From Paraspadella gotoi (taxonomy: Eukaryota > Animalia > Chaetognatha), in contig CM119264.1 of NCBI GenBank assembly GCA_051294375.1, positions 7,151,814 to 7,215,813 of the forward strand: a stretch of 64,000 nucleotides of DNA. Direction: 5' to 3'. The translations under genes and the position numbers were made by a program. Shown piece after piece: positions 25,651 to 39,651 of this stretch. A model generated the notes under the pieces. The model saw nothing but the letters and a program-made list of their open reading frames with translations, searched no databases and was not told where the DNA came from. Every line of letters begins with the position of its first letter. Positions within the stretch are counted from its first letter, which is position 1.

Positions 25651-26901
25651 TATTGTACGAGAATACACGAATTTTAAGGCAGTCTTACACATGCGGCGCA
25701 GCACATTGAAATTACGTTCTTGTTTTTTTACAAAAGAAATAAATGTTTCATGGTTTTTAATCTTCAGAGCGCGAAATTCGTGCGTGAATACGGTAAAGGA
25801 ACTAGGATGTGACCAGCACATGGGGAAAGAGGGAAAGAGAAAACATCAGATAGATAGAAAAAAAAACTTAAGATGGAAATAAAAAAAATGTGAAGGAGTA
25901 CTTATTATTAATTATATCGGAGGAATAACATTTACGACCTGAATTCTGTACAGACAAACTGTGAAGATGAGGTTCGAAAAACCTTTTTTGATAAGCTAAA
26001 ATATATTTTTTTTTTATTTTATGGAAATATAAAGAAAATAAAGGAAAAAGAGAAAATTCAGTCAGAACACAAATGGAAAGTCCAAATTGAAAAAAAAGCA
26101 AAAAAATAGATAACGGAAAAAATGAACGCAGAGAAAGAAAACGAAAAAAGAAAAAAAAAGGAAATTTCCCTCGGGATCAGAAGAAGAATACCGAATCAGT
26201 CTGTCCGTCTCTTCTTTAGCTTCGCCCGTCCGTCCGTCTATATGGATTCTCCAAGCGTCGGTTTTATTGGCGAAAAATTCCAGCGGAACTCTTTCCCCTT
26301 TCGACCTTCATTTTGTTCTATTGATGGGGTGACCATTACCGTCTCTCGCCGCCTCGGCCCACATTTTGTGGAACCGACTTTTTCGGTTTCCGCGGAAAAT
26401 CTCGGCCGATTTTCCGGAAACCACTAATCGGGAAAAAAAAAAATGGCGAGATAATTGTGTTTACTGGGTTTTTATAAAAAAATAAGAGTAACAGAAACAT
26501 AATTTTACTTTAGTTTTTTCGCATTTAAAAAGGGCTTTTAGCTTGTTTTTAGATTGTATAGTAAAGTAAGTAAGCAGAGTTTTGATTTCCTAGATAATCC
26601 TAAAATAAAGATTATCGTTTCGGTTGAAATTCTCAGTGGGAACGGATTCGAAGGAGCATTTGGAAACTGCAATTTTTCAGAGAGAGAGAAGAGAGGAGAG
26701 GAGAGGAGGAGAGAGACGAGAGAGAGAGAGAGAGAAAGAGGGGAGAGGAGAGGAGAGAGAGAGAGAGAGGAATGCAAACTTCCGCGTGCGCGCAGTTGCG
26801 TTAACGCGTTTGCCGGAAGTGAATAGAATCTGGCGCCCGCGTCAGTAGAGTTGAGGAGGAATGCGTGCGGACGTGAAGCCGAAAGAGAGAGAGAGGGAAG
26901 A

Positions 26902-26940
<39 letters not shown>

Positions 26941-26944
26941 GAGA

Positions 26945-26978
<34 letters not shown>

Positions 26979-27668
26979 GAAGAAGAGAGATATGAGAGAG
27001 AGGAGAGAGAGAAAGAGAGAGAGAGAGAGGGAGGAAAAAGCCACTTTGTGTGGGCTTTTTGCAAAAGTCAAAAGGTAAAAAGAGTTAACGTCAGATCCAA
27101 TAACGAAGCGAAAAAGAAGAAGAAGAAGGAAAAAGAATAAAAAGATAAGGATAAGGGAAAGAGAGAGAGAGACCAGATAGGAGACAGAGAGAGAAGGAGA
27201 GAAGGGGAGAAAAGAAGCAAGAAAAGGAATTTTTAGGTTTGGAACCCATTCAGTTCAATTATTATTATTACCCTCTAAGTCTAAATAGCTTCGGTCTTCG
27301 TTCTCGACAGTAATTAAGTGTCTCAGAAGATAGCTGAACCATCTTCTTTATTCATTCATGTAAGAAATCCTATTTACATTATTTTCTGTGTGAAAATTGT
27401 TAAAAGATGACCTCCGATGGAATGCAAATACATCAAATAAAACGTTGCCCAACGCCTTTTAGTCATAATAAATACATAATTCAATTATTTAAAACTTTGG
27501 TATTAGTTATTGGTGTTTTCACTCTCTATGGTGATTCCAAGTCGCATCTTTTCTGAACGCAGAAGTCAGTAAAGGAAAATTCAGTCTTCGTTTTTATTTT
27601 CCTAAAAATCTATCGGAGACAAAAAGATTCCTTCGATATCGAAAAGCGATTCTAACGTCGACGCTTTC

Positions 27669-27673
<5 letters not shown>

Positions 27674-27739
<66 letters not shown>
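27674..27739. repeat. (CT)n microsatellite, one of many AG/CT tracts in the window
   Basis: Pure dinucleotide run. Confidence 0.95.
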
Positions 27740-27741
<2 letters not shown>

Positions 27742-27861
27742 ATATATCTATACTTTTATTATTTATAATCATCAATAGCGCTTTTGCCCTTTTCTCGAAT
27801 GACATCTGTGTGGGTTTGGGAAAAAAAGCGGAACAAACATAAAATAGCAATTATCTCACTT

Positions 27862-27900
<39 letters not shown>

Positions 27901-28889
27901 CTCTTCTCTCTCTTCTCTCCTCTCTCTCTCTCTCTTTCTAATCGATTGTATGTAGATGAAGACGACATTTCCGTCGTCGCTTTCGAGTTCACGACGTGAC
28001 CTGAAGAAAAGGAGAAGGAAACTCCGTCCCCGTAACGGGTTAATAATTTAATAATTAATAATTAATAATTAATAAATTAATGTTGCTCGCATTCGATGAC
28101 GGCGACGCGTCTCGTAATTAATAACGACGATTTTAATTTAAAACTGGACAGATTTTCATTAACCACTTCTATTTAAACGGTCTGTATTTAAAACAAATAT
28201 ATCAAATAACAAATATTGGTTAAACAAATTATTTCTAAACTACCAATCCCCGATGGCCTTGCTGAAAATAATTCTTTTCGTCGCCTGGAATATATTGACT
28301 ATTAAGTTATCTGTTGTCTATTTGTTAGAATAGGAAAGAAATATACGCGATTGATAATTTTAAATCACGTTCATTCTACTCTGATCAAAAAATTTTCAAT
28401 ATATGAAATATTTTAATAACAATCCTTTGTGTTTTGGTTAACGTATTTTTTTTGCCACGTCTTAAGTCTTAATATATACTGAAACATTTCATTGTAGTCG
28501 AAAAAACCCCGACTGATTTATTTGTAGTTGGTTAACCCTCGGCGTCACACAACACAAAAAGAAAAGCATTTATAGTAAAAAAAAATAAAATATTAATTAA
28601 TTGAAATCGATGAATATAAATCATCCATGAGAACCAGCAAGCCAAAACCTGACAAAAAAAAGTAAATGAGTGAGAGACGAGTTGTACTCTGTCTCCGAGG
28701 AATAGACATAAATTTTCAACATTTCTGACATGCATTAACTTTCGCCCCAACAAACCTTACTTTATTTCTCCCTCTTTTCGAATCGGCATGTCTCGTTACT
28801 AGAGAATAAGATATCATGGCAGGTTTTCTCTCCTCAGTACATGAACTCACCGCCGGCTCGCGTTTCAGAGTGCCCCTCCGTCATTCGAT

Positions 28890-29045
28890 CCATTGTTCAC
28901 GTGACCCCGTTTTTACGTGACCCGTTTACAACCGTGACCTCGTTTCGGTCAACGTGGAATCTGAGAACGAAACAAGAACCAATCCGACCAATGAGGCGTC
29001 GTTTTCCGCTTACAGAAACAAGAATCCAATCCGTATCTCAATGAG
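28890..29045. promoter_or_regulatory. Motif cluster: three CGTGACC units followed by three CCAAT boxes
   Basis: cacgtgacc, tacgtgacc and ccgtgacc at about 28898-28940. CCAAT at about 28979, 28988 and 29025. It lies upstream of the Ig-receptor exons. This is motif evidence only. Confidence 0.25.
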
Positions 29046-32000
29046 CGGATGATAAAAAAGCAAAACCCAGAATATGAAGAAGAATATCTATAATATATTA
29101 GACAACCAAGTTATTTGCAAGCAGCTGCCCGGAAAAAAGAAGAAGAATAGCCCTAGCTAATCTATGACCAATTGTGAGAATTTGATCGACTCACGTCCGT
29201 CACGTTGGGTTTGCACTTTTCGACCCGACCCGAGTGAAATCTTCTGATGAAAGCTTCGTCATCAACGTTTTTCACATTCTTTTATTTCTCTATTTACGTT
29301 TCATTTCCTTTTTTCTTTCATGTAAAAGGATTCCGCGCAATTTTATGTGCAATTTTCACAAACCGGATGAAGGATATCGAATCTCTTGGAAATCTCCGGA
29401 CAAAACCACTTTCAATGTTTTAACTATCTAAAAGTCTCCTATTTATCTGTCGTTTCATTGTTGTCATAGCTCTCTCTCTCCTCTCTAAGGCTCGGTCTCT
29501 CTCTACTCTCTCTCTCTCTTCTCTCTCTTTTCTACATCTTCTTCTTCTCTCTTCTGCGTTTCACCTCCTCCTCTCTCTGCTCGTCTTCTCTGCGTCAATA
29601 AGCTCACTACTCTCTCTTCGGTCAAGAGGATTCAATTTATACCTTTTTTTTTTTTATGATCTCCACCTGGAACATTTTTCTTTATTAAGATTATATCATC
29701 TTACATCATAGACTATTACGCATGGTGGATCCAACCATATTTTTCCGTTCAACATAAAACTTTCTATCAGCTATTCTATTCGTCTCACGCGCACTCGATC
29801 AATATTCTTGCTCATAGAGTATGCGGCCGGAGTATCGTGCTCTATTTGTACGTTCCGCCCAGCATACCTTAATCCCGATTCTTGCAATGTAGCAGGACCG
29901 AGCGATCCGCATTTCCGTCTAGAATTCTGGGTCCTACCGAGGACTATCTCTCTCTCTCGAGATTCCAACACACTCATATTAACTCCGATCAAACCCAACC
30001 CGCGCATTTTACCGCAAGATGACGGTATTCCCGCACGTACGGAGACGCACTGACAACAACAACGACGCACGACCGAGCGGAAATTAGCGCTCCTAAACAT
30101 ACTCTAATTCTTCATCCTCGCGTCCTGCTCTCTCTCGTATAACAAGCTCATCTGTTGCACTTTTAACAACTGTGCAACTCTCGAAAACTGATAGTACTTT
30201 ACTTTTCAACTCGCTTCACTCTCTCGGCGAATTTAAACCTTATCTACAATTCTACATTCTTCTTCGGTGCGTGAGATCTTTGTCTATCATCAGGTTGATT
30301 TAATTTCTTTTTCTTCCTTTGTTTACTCCCGTTTTTACTAATCTAATTTTTCCTTTTTTTCTTTCCACAGTTCTTTTCTCAATCATGACGTTACAAATTA
30401 CTAACTCCTCGTATCATCTGCTCTTAATTATTACTTATCAATATATTAAAAATATCTTAATCGCTTTTGCCCTTGTCACTCTCTCAGATCCATATCAAAA
30501 CATTTATAAAATGATTCTCAATCACTATACTCCTTCTTTTTTTCTCCCTTTACCCATTTTTCCTTTCCTCCCCCTCCCTTCCTCCTTCCTCCCTTTCTTC
30601 CCTTTCTCCCCTTTCCTTTGTTTTCTATTTTCCTGTCTTGATGCTTCCTCTTTTCTTCGCAGTTCCTCTCATCCCTTTGCTTTCGCTATTTTTAATTCGT
30701 AACAAGTTTTTTTATTTATTAGTTTTATCTTCTTTCTTTTTTTCCTTTTGTTCTTTCGTATTTCTTATGCATTTTTAATGCCTCATCGCCTATTTTTATA
30801 CATTATTNNNNNNNNNNNNNNNNNNNNNNNNNCGTCGTCGTCGTCGTCTTCGTCGTTTGGGTTGACGGTTCTATTTCTGTCGGTGATTCCTCGGTAGACG
30901 GAAATGCGAATTCGTCCTCGCACAGAATCGGGATTAAGGATGTGGGCGATAAAATATGATAGGTTGTTCGAATATTAGGGATTTGAAGACGTGTGACATT
31001 AGTCAATAGTTTGAAAAAAGTTTAGTAAGATACAACGAAAAATTATAATCCCCGTTTTTGATGTTGGGGTATCTTTTATATTTTAAGAAATAACAGGATC
31101 ATAATATAGATAAAAAAATTTCTATTCCTGAAGAGTTAGAGAGAGTGCTTTTTTGCAATGTAGTAGGAGAGAGAGAGATAGGAGAGAGAGAGAGAGAGGG
31201 AGAGGGAGAAGAAAAGACAGAGTAAAAGCGCCATTTTTTTATTTTTCCTGTTTTTTATCGACTCGAAATGAAAATGTTTTTTTCATATATATTAAGACTA
31301 AGACCACAAGCCAAAGTTTTTTTTTCATTTCACGCGAGATTAACTTTTTTGATTTTGTTGCAACAGAAAAAAAAGTTTGAATCTTCAAAACAGAAAAGGT
31401 TTTCGTCGAAAAAGAAGATAACAAAAAACCACAACAACGAAATCAGTCTAACTCGAAACTCCTTCGTATAAAAGAATAAACAAAACAAAAAAGCAGAACG
31501 AACAAATGTCAAGAAATCTCAACCAAACAAATAAAAGTGAAAACCAACTGAGATTTAAAAAAAATAAATTAAAAAAAACGTGAATTTAAAAAGTAAAAAA
31601 ATAAAAAACCAGGACAGTATCNNNNNNNNNNNNNNNNNNNNNNNNNTATCGGCCATAAGGGAGTGGATACGTTATCCTCTCTCAGCGAGGGCCATAAGTA
31701 TCAGAAACTGGACTTATTACCCTTGGATTATTCTCCTTCCCTTTTCTTCTTTCTTCCTCGCCTCCTCCTCCTCCCTCTCCTTCCTCCTTTCTCTCCTTTC
31801 CCCAGGCGACTTCAAACTTTCTCCCCCAACCTCATTCTTTTGAAAGTCTCAAAACTGGATCACAAATTTTGTATTTCCATCCGCAATCTGCAATTTCCTC
31901 ACCTCGATACCACTCGATCTCCTTCAACTTCCCCTAAATTCGATCTCATCTTCTCCTACATCTTATATTAGTCCTTATCAAATATGCCTTTCTTGGACTA

Positions 32001-34649
32001 AATATTTCGAGCGCACACGTGATCGTCTCTCTCATCTTGCATCTGGCTGAGGTGACTCAGACTGCGGTCATCGGTCCTCTAACCTGCCTTACTCCCGAAT
32101 CTCTGTCTCTTAGATCCTAATCCGGCATTGCGCGGTTCATCTCCTCTGATTCGAATCTCGACTTCTCACCGCGTCCGGATTTACATTCCCGTCTCGATTT
32201 TTTGGTCGTAAGATCTGCATCTTCTCCTGTGCTCCCAAACCCAAAGATCTTTTCCGACCGCTCATCCGGGTCTCATCTTCTCAACCATTCATTCGATCTC
32301 TCGTCTCCTCAACTTTCGTTCAAATTCGGAGGAATCGAGATTCGTCTCGCTTTATTTCCGTTCTTACTTCCGTCGCTCTTTATGCTGTCGATGCGATCGA
32401 CGACGCATGACGACGATGACGGCGACGAAGCCGCGAACGAGAACGGCTGACGATTGATGATCGATGACGATGTACGGTACGACGAGTCAACCGAAAAAGG
32501 GCGACGATGGCATAGTTCCGACGACTGATACGAACGAAGGAGGAAAAGGAAGAGGACAGTAGGGGGAGAGAGAGAAGGAGGGACGGCGACGCAAGTTATA
32601 ATTCGGTGTCGTCGTTCCGCTTAGGTGGAAATATCTGTGGAGAGAGAGATGTGATGTATATGAGAGAGCAGAGAGTGGAAGAGAATAAAGAGAGGGCAGA
32701 GGAGTGAGCACGAGAGGAGAGAGAGAGGATGAGAAGAGAGAGAGAGAAGAGAGAGAGAGAGAGAAAGAGAAGAGAGAGTTAGAGAGAAAAGGCACGAGAG
32801 GAGACGAGTTCAGAAGTTGAAAATACCGTTTGCTGTAATATCCGGGTTATAGAGGAATTAATTATACAGCCGTGTGTGCATGATTTATGGCCAGAACGAT
32901 CCGGCTTATCCGGATATATTATCAACAGGAGTCCCGATAAATAATTCGGTTGCACACCCGTGATCCTCTCCCACTACCTAATTTTTGTCTTTCTTCGAGA
33001 ATGTAATGTAACATGTTCGAGTACCCGTACCGTTCCTAGTTTTTCGACGCTAGATATCGTCTATACTATAAATTCTGTTCACTGAAAAATATATTCTCTC
33101 CTGTTCGTGTAAAACTACGTCCCACTCTTAGTTGTATCCTCTTTAACTGCCCTTACCTCCCCTTTTTACCAATAAAGCCGATGGTTCTTTTCTATGGGCG
33201 CGTTGCGGTTCGGCGGCTGGCGCTGCGTGCCGCGGGGCGGGCGGCGTGCGTGCGGCGGGGCGGCGTAGCGGGCGGCGGTGCGTGCGGCGGTGCGGCGTGT
33301 CGGCGTGCGGCGGCGGCCCGTGCGTGCGGCGGCGGGCGATCCTCCGCCTCCGGGCCAAACGGCGGCTCAATATCTTTTTAAATTAAGGTGGACTGTTCAT
33401 GTTTTCTGATTTAATGGGCGGCATCTGAATGGGAAATTTGGGGTGGGTGTCAGCGTCGGACCGGCCTGCGGCGGCGGCTCTGGCGTGGGCGGCAGCGGAG
33501 GGATAATCCATATTTTTGACTGGGATTTATGGACCGAATGTAGAGCAGTCGAGATGCTGGGAGGGAATGGGGGGGGATCTGGGGTGGTATGGTGGGAATA
33601 TGGGGGATTCTATTTTTTTTCTTTGTTTTTATTATTATTGTTATTATTTCTCTTTTATGGGGAAGGTGGGAAAGAAAAAAGGAGGAAGGGGGAGAGGGTG
33701 GAAAGGAAAAGGGAAGGGGGTAAGGTTGGGTGGGAGAATGGATTGGTGGCGCGATGTGGCGAGGGTATGGCGATATGAGATGATTTCCATAGTTATCCTC
33801 TGGGGGGATGGGTTGGAAATATGTTGGAACAGTTAAAAGGTGGTTTTTTGTTTTTTTTTTTAATAATTTCTCTACAAATAATAATCGATCTTTTTTTTTT
33901 TCCATAAAACCCCTCATTGGTTTATTAAAACTTTGCTGACTTATATGCAATACGATCAAATTTTCTATTATTAATCAGCATGATAATACTCATATAAAAT
34001 AATACAAATTTTTTTCATAGTAGTGGAATCTCTTCAAATAAACTATTCTATGAATTAAACCGATTAAACTGGATAAAACTGGGATTAAATCCCAAAAAAA
34101 ATAGAATATAGAAAATCTGCTTAGCTTCATGATTCATATAATTCATAACACGCGAGAGGAAATTTAAAAACTCTTCTGTGTTATTATATTCGGGGTTTCG
34201 GGCTTCGATTGAGATTGACATTATATGACAAGGGATTTTTCGTATTTTGAAATCTTAATTACTTTATACTGACATGTATGTTGTATTTTTTTGTGGTTAT
34301 AATTATCGGGGATGTCGCTCAGCGGCCAAGTTTTACGTGGACTATTACTGATTCACTAGTAATTTAAGTTAATATATATATTTATTATAATGTATTATAT
34401 TTTTGTATATGTCCTACTTTTTTAGAAAAATAAATTAATTTCCTCGTTCAAACTCGTAAACCATTTTAATCGTCGGCTGATATACGAATTTTTACGTATG
34501 GAAAGGTTCTTCCTCTTCTTCTCTCTCTTCCTTCTCTTTTCCTCTCTTCTCTCTTTGCGGAAGAAAGGGGGTTTTACTGTTATGACAGCTTCTCATCTTT
34601 TCTCTAACGAAAAAAGTTTATTATCGGTAGCGATTGGTGCTCTTTTTTT

Positions 34650-34929
34650 GGAACTGTTTTCTCTGAAAGCGCCCATTTACATTCTTAAATTTAAATAATT
34701 TAGTTTTTAATGTTTTAATAAGATTATTCTATTAAGTTAATGGATTAAGATAGTTTATTACGGGATTGAGGTTTGAGAGTTATGTGGAGGTTAGGTGGCT
34801 TAAGTTAGAATAGGTTTTAAAGTTAGGGTTAATGATTGGGTTAGAAGGTTTGGGAATAAGATTTGGGTCAATAACCGGTTCTTGGAATAAAGGGTATTCA
34901 GTAATGAGGAGTTTTCGGAAATAGTGTCC
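34650..34929. mobile_element. Degenerate MITE with a TTAGG(G)-like interior, related to 41915-42105
   Basis: Imperfect inverted ends ggaactgttttctctgaaagcgcccatt and aatgaggagttttcggaaatagtgtcc. The interior is rich in gttagg/gttaag. Confidence 0.45.
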
Positions 34930-35277
34930 TATTTTTTTTTCGTCGTTCGAAGCTAAATTTGGGTCGTTCGTTCGTCGGTCGTCATCGTCGTCTTCTTTTT
35001 GCCGTCAATGGGCCGTTGGAATGGCTGGAACTCAACTTTTGAACTTTTGAAAATTTGAAGCCTTTCCGCCTTCCCCCCTCTTACCCCTTTCCCTTCCCTC
35101 CCTTCCCCCTTTCCGGCCTTCCCCTTTCCCCCCTTCCCCCTTCCGTCTCCCCTTTCCACCATCCCCCCTCTCCGTATCTCCCCCCCCCCACCCACTTTAA
35201 TGACCCCCCACTTTGAAAGTGGCTTTCGAAGAAGCCCCATTTTTTAATTCGGAAAACCCAGAAATGCTGGATTTTTA

Positions 35278-35323
<46 letters not shown>

Positions 35324-36176
35324 GAGAGAGAAGAGAGAGGTAGAGTAGAGAGATGAGTAGAAAGACAGAAGTTTTGTTTAGTAGGTTTGTCGACCTGAGG
35401 CTGACTATATGTATAATATAGTTATATATATATACTAAATGTATATGTATAGCATTACGTTATATATATAATACTATAAGCCGTCGAGTGTATATTATTC
35501 ACTATATTATGAATACGACGTTATGTACGGTTCCATACTTATTTGATTCAAAAATTGAATTTGAATAAAACTCTCTGGTAATTCTTAGTGAGCAAAAATA
35601 ATTGTTTACTTCTCTCTTTTGTAACAATAAGCATCATTTTATAAATGAATCGATTATGAATATATTATATGTATTGATGATATTTCCAAATTAGCAGTTT
35701 TTCTGATTGAATCCTTTATAAAAAAAAAAATCTTTTGACTTTCAATTAATTATAATCTTAATATTACTTGGTTATAGGATTGATCGAATTCTTTTTATTC
35801 GAACTCCCAATTTTATTTTGATGAGATAATTTTATTAACTCCGTCTTCCTGATCTGCTTTAATGTCGCATCCCTTGTATTTTATTCACCTTCCCTTTTTT
35901 GTTGGCTCTGGTTTTTTGATCCTTTGATTTCATCTCCACTGTATCGGTTGGGAAAGGAGATAAGAAAAGACGAGACGAAGACGAAAAAAGATAAGAGAGA
36001 AAGGTTAAGAAAAGAAAAGAGAAGAAAAGAAAGAAGTCTAAAGGAGAAGAGAAAAGAATAAGAGAGGTTAAAGAGAAAAGAAATGGGATCAACCACGGTT
36101 TCCTCTGTCTCATCCACCGCCACCCTTTTCCCCATCCCCACACCGCCCCCCGCCCCCCCTCCACATCCTTATCCAG

Positions 36177-36374
36177 GCGACACGATCGGTTTCCACTGCG
36201 AGTCGACCACCCCCGCGGTTTGGGTCAAACACTCGGACGTCCCCAACAAGTCTCGCTTCCTGTCCCACGGAGGTGGACCCTTCGACTCTAAGGTGGACCT
36301 CGCCAAATTCGGGTTCCTGCAAAGAGGGCGGACCTACACGCTCGTCATCAAGGACGCGCAGCTCGAAGACGCGG
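36177..36374 (+). CDS. Ig-superfamily receptor exon: Ig domain 1 (V/I-set), first part
   Basis: Acceptor atccAG, donor G|GTAGGT, phase 1-1. Reads GDTIGFHCESTTPAVWVKH...TYTLVIKDAQLEDAG, with the B-strand Cys, C-strand Trp and LxIxxxxxEDAG motif. Confidence 0.88.
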
Positions 36375-36852
36375 GTAGGTCGGGCCGCTCGGGCAAGGGA
36401 ACCGTCAAACGATCCATCCATCGATCAATCAAAATTTACAGCTTTCTTTTTTCTTTTTTCTTTTTTTTTGTTATCTAAAATTCAATTTAAATTTTACAGT
36501 AAATTTTTTAGCTTATGGGTTTTCTTTATATCTATAAAGTTCAAACTTCTTTTTTTTTCCATCTAAATTCATTTCTCAATATTTTCGTCGATATTTTATG
36601 ATCCTTTTAAATTCTTGTGTCTTTTTTTCTTTTTGTTAAAAGTCATTTCTCTTCTTGTTTCTCCTTCATGGCTGCAGTTAAAACTCAAGGTTTTCTTTTT
36701 CCTCTTCAGTTTTGTTTAGTTTATTTATTCGCTTTCGTCTCCCGAGACATTCGCCACGGTTGTGGCCTTCTACTCTTCGCTCAAGGATGTTTTCTGCTCG
36801 TATTGATAAACGGTTAAAAGCGTAAAATAAAAAGAAATATAAATACGTAAGG

Positions 36853-36898
<46 letters not shown>

Positions 36899-37083
36899 CA
36901 ATATAAAAAAATTCCTGTCCCCCATAAATAAAGGGAATATAAAGCAGTGCGCTATCTTAGAATCTCTCTGTCTCTCTTTCTCTGTCTCTCTCTCTCTTGA
37001 CTTTTCCTCGATAAATCAGAATGTTTCGTATCCAAACGAAATCGTCGTGAAAAGGGACATCGTGGACAGAAGGTTTCGGTAAG

Positions 37084-37084
<1 letters not shown>

Positions 37085-37139
<55 letters not shown>
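37085..37139. repeat. (GAC)n trinucleotide microsatellite, intronic
   Basis: About 18 perfect GAC units. Confidence 0.95.
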
Positions 37140-37587
37140 AGCAACGAACGCCGACAGATAACCGATTATTCTCCGCCTGGGAACGATGACCGCGCTATCG
37201 ATTCTTCTTTTTGTTTTAATCCCAGTTTTTGATCGCCATGACAACCGAGACAGTTAATGAAAAGTTGTTGTTCCCTCCAAACGAAATAAAATTGTTTTTT
37301 TTACCGTAATTTTTTCAGTTTTTTGAAATCGTAAGTAATTTAGTATGTAAATTGCGATTCAAATTTGCGATTTATTAGTTAATGTTTAACAACCAAGTAA
37401 AGTTAACCGAAAAAAAGGGAGAAAGTTATAAAGAATAAGTACAGTACAATACAGTACAGTACGGTACAGTCGACGTCTGTGAGAAAAAGGATTTTCTTCG
37501 CTTTCCAAATGACTGACGCGCGACTGTGAATCTTGATTCTTAAACGGGAGAAAAGATGCGAAGGAAGGTTTATGGGCTTTGCAGAGC

Positions 37588-37658
<71 letters not shown>

Positions 37659-38817
37659 GATTCCCGCTTTATGACGGGCGGCATAAATTTGTCGTAAAAG
37701 TGAAGATGTGCCTCGCGAGAGGACGGGACGTAAAGGTAAAAGAATGACAGCGATTCTTGTGACCGAGGACTGAGATAGGTGACGATTCAAAACTGTGACT
37801 GTGACAGAAATTTCACTCTTTTTTACTGAAAAGTATTTAGATAAACATAAATATCAAAACAAATCAAATTTTTCGATTCTTGGTTGAGAGGCGGTTTTGA
37901 AGTTCGTGACAAAAATCTGTCATAAGGTCACGTCTCGTTGAACAGTAGTTGAGAAAGTGGAGTTAAGAAAAGCGTGATCACACATCGTCACATCACTTCG
38001 CGCCAATAAATTTCTTTCTTTTTTTAAAACAAAATCAGACTAAAAAGGACCGTTTTTTTTTCTCGGCCCATCCATAATCTAAACCATTGCAATATGTAAA
38101 TAAATTATATTGAAATGAACAACAAGTTACTTTGTTACAATTTTCACAGTTCCCAATCGTGTGACTCGATCCCAGACCTCCTGACCTCCCCGCTTCCTCG
38201 GGAAAAACGCGCCTGTGGTGTGAGGCAGCCACTGAGGCACCCCTTTCGGTGAGATACTTCTTGTCTCAAATTTTACAGGAAATCCCGGCCTCAGCTGATA
38301 AACATTTTAGTTTTCGTTTAGTTTATTTAAAATTTTACGAAGTTGAATCTTCACGAAGTGAACATTGTGAGGTGCGTTTGGATTCGTGTAATTTTTCTTG
38401 CAGTGAGTGTGTTCTGTGTTTAGGATCATATTGACGACGATGCCGTCGTGATTGCAACTCTGGAAAGACGGCGACCTCTCGTGGGCGGAGCCACAACTTT
38501 CATCAGCGTCGAGCGAAGTGGTTTTGGTAGATTCGGGGGCGTCTCTTTTTTTTTGACGGCGAATTGAAAGACGGAAGTAGTTTTTTTGAGTGCGGGGCGA
38601 AAGTGCAAACAGCTGTGATTATGAGTTATGAGTTAACTTTTTCAAATCTGGTTGCATTTGAGGATTTCATTTAATTAAAATTAGAGTACTATTTGTTAGC
38701 GCCTAGAACGAAAAGTAATGGATAGTAAAAAAAAATGGACTAGTTTTACTAAAAAAAAAACCTAGTGTAAAGATTGAACAAGATCTCTTTTTGATCCTGC
38801 ATAAATTGCAAAAGAAC

Positions 38818-38849
<32 letters not shown>

Positions 38850-39037
38850 CACTTTCTTCCTATTTCTTATCTCCCTTTTTCATTCTTTCAACTTTCTAAG
38901 GCTTAATCTCCCGACTCTCAAAAATTCATAACCCACCTTCTTGACGGTGAGGTTTTAAAGATTCATTATTCATAACCTTCCGTGTTTTGTTTGCTCGCGC
39001 GACTTAACGTGGAAAAACTCGCAATCTCTCTCTTCTC

Positions 39038-39112
<75 letters not shown>

Positions 39113-39416
39113 GCTATTTTCTTCCCCTCTCCCAATGTCAACCGTTCCTTTGAAAAATTTAAAACCATTTTTACGATTTTATACAAAAATTTAATCCAAC
39201 AAAATTCAGTTTTCCTTCTTTTCTGTGAATCTTCAAAGATGCATAATGCTTACCAATTGTTGCTGCAGAAAAATGAGTTTCGCTTCTATCTTTTTAATCT
39301 TATTCTTTATATCATGTCCTCATTCTTCAAGTACCAAAAACTTCACGCCGATTTTCCGATCGAGCGAACCACATGATCAAAACTCTCTTCAACATTGTCC
39401 AACCTCTTCCCTTCAG

Positions 39417-39651
39417 GATCCTACATGTGCGGCAACGAGCTGATGGCCACCCTCGTCGTCGTCTCTTCCCCGATCTGTTCCCCCAAATCCCCGACCTTCG
39501 TCGAAAACCGAAACTTGACTCTCAAATGCGTCGTGGCTTCGAGAGGCGGACCCAAGCCGGAGGTCTATTGGTCGAGGAGGTCCGCGCACAGGTTGGTTCT
39601 TGGGAACGGGAGCTGGACGGAGGTCTACTGGACGAGGAGGTCTAGGCACAG
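39417..39651 (+). CDS. Ig-superfamily receptor exon: end of Ig1 and start of Ig2. Alternative donor after 39591.
   Basis: Acceptor cttcccttcAG in phase 1 completes the D-A-G-S-Y-M-C (DxGxYxC) motif with the previous exon. It continues ATLVVVSSPICSP...NLTLKCVVASRGGPKPEVYW. Donors are CAG|GTTGGT (39591) and CAG|GTAAGC (39651), both phase 2. Confidence 0.88.

Noticed and set aside
9563-27078. Many ER-rich and SL-rich ORFs
   Set aside because: They are translations of AG/CT microsatellites.
29450-33400. Unusual-looking sequence, including a very GC-rich GCG run at 33195-33360 and ORFs at 29771-30100
   Set aside because: It lies around 25-N markers and shows degraded microsatellites. This is best explained as low-quality single-read fill, with no recognisable protein.
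38150-38248. 99-bp exon-like segment (ttttcacAG ... G|GTGAGA) inside the Ig1 intron
   Set aside because: In the required phase 1 it contains a TGA and would split the DAGSYMC motif. It is open only in phase 2. At most it is a cryptic or poison exon, and nothing else supports it.
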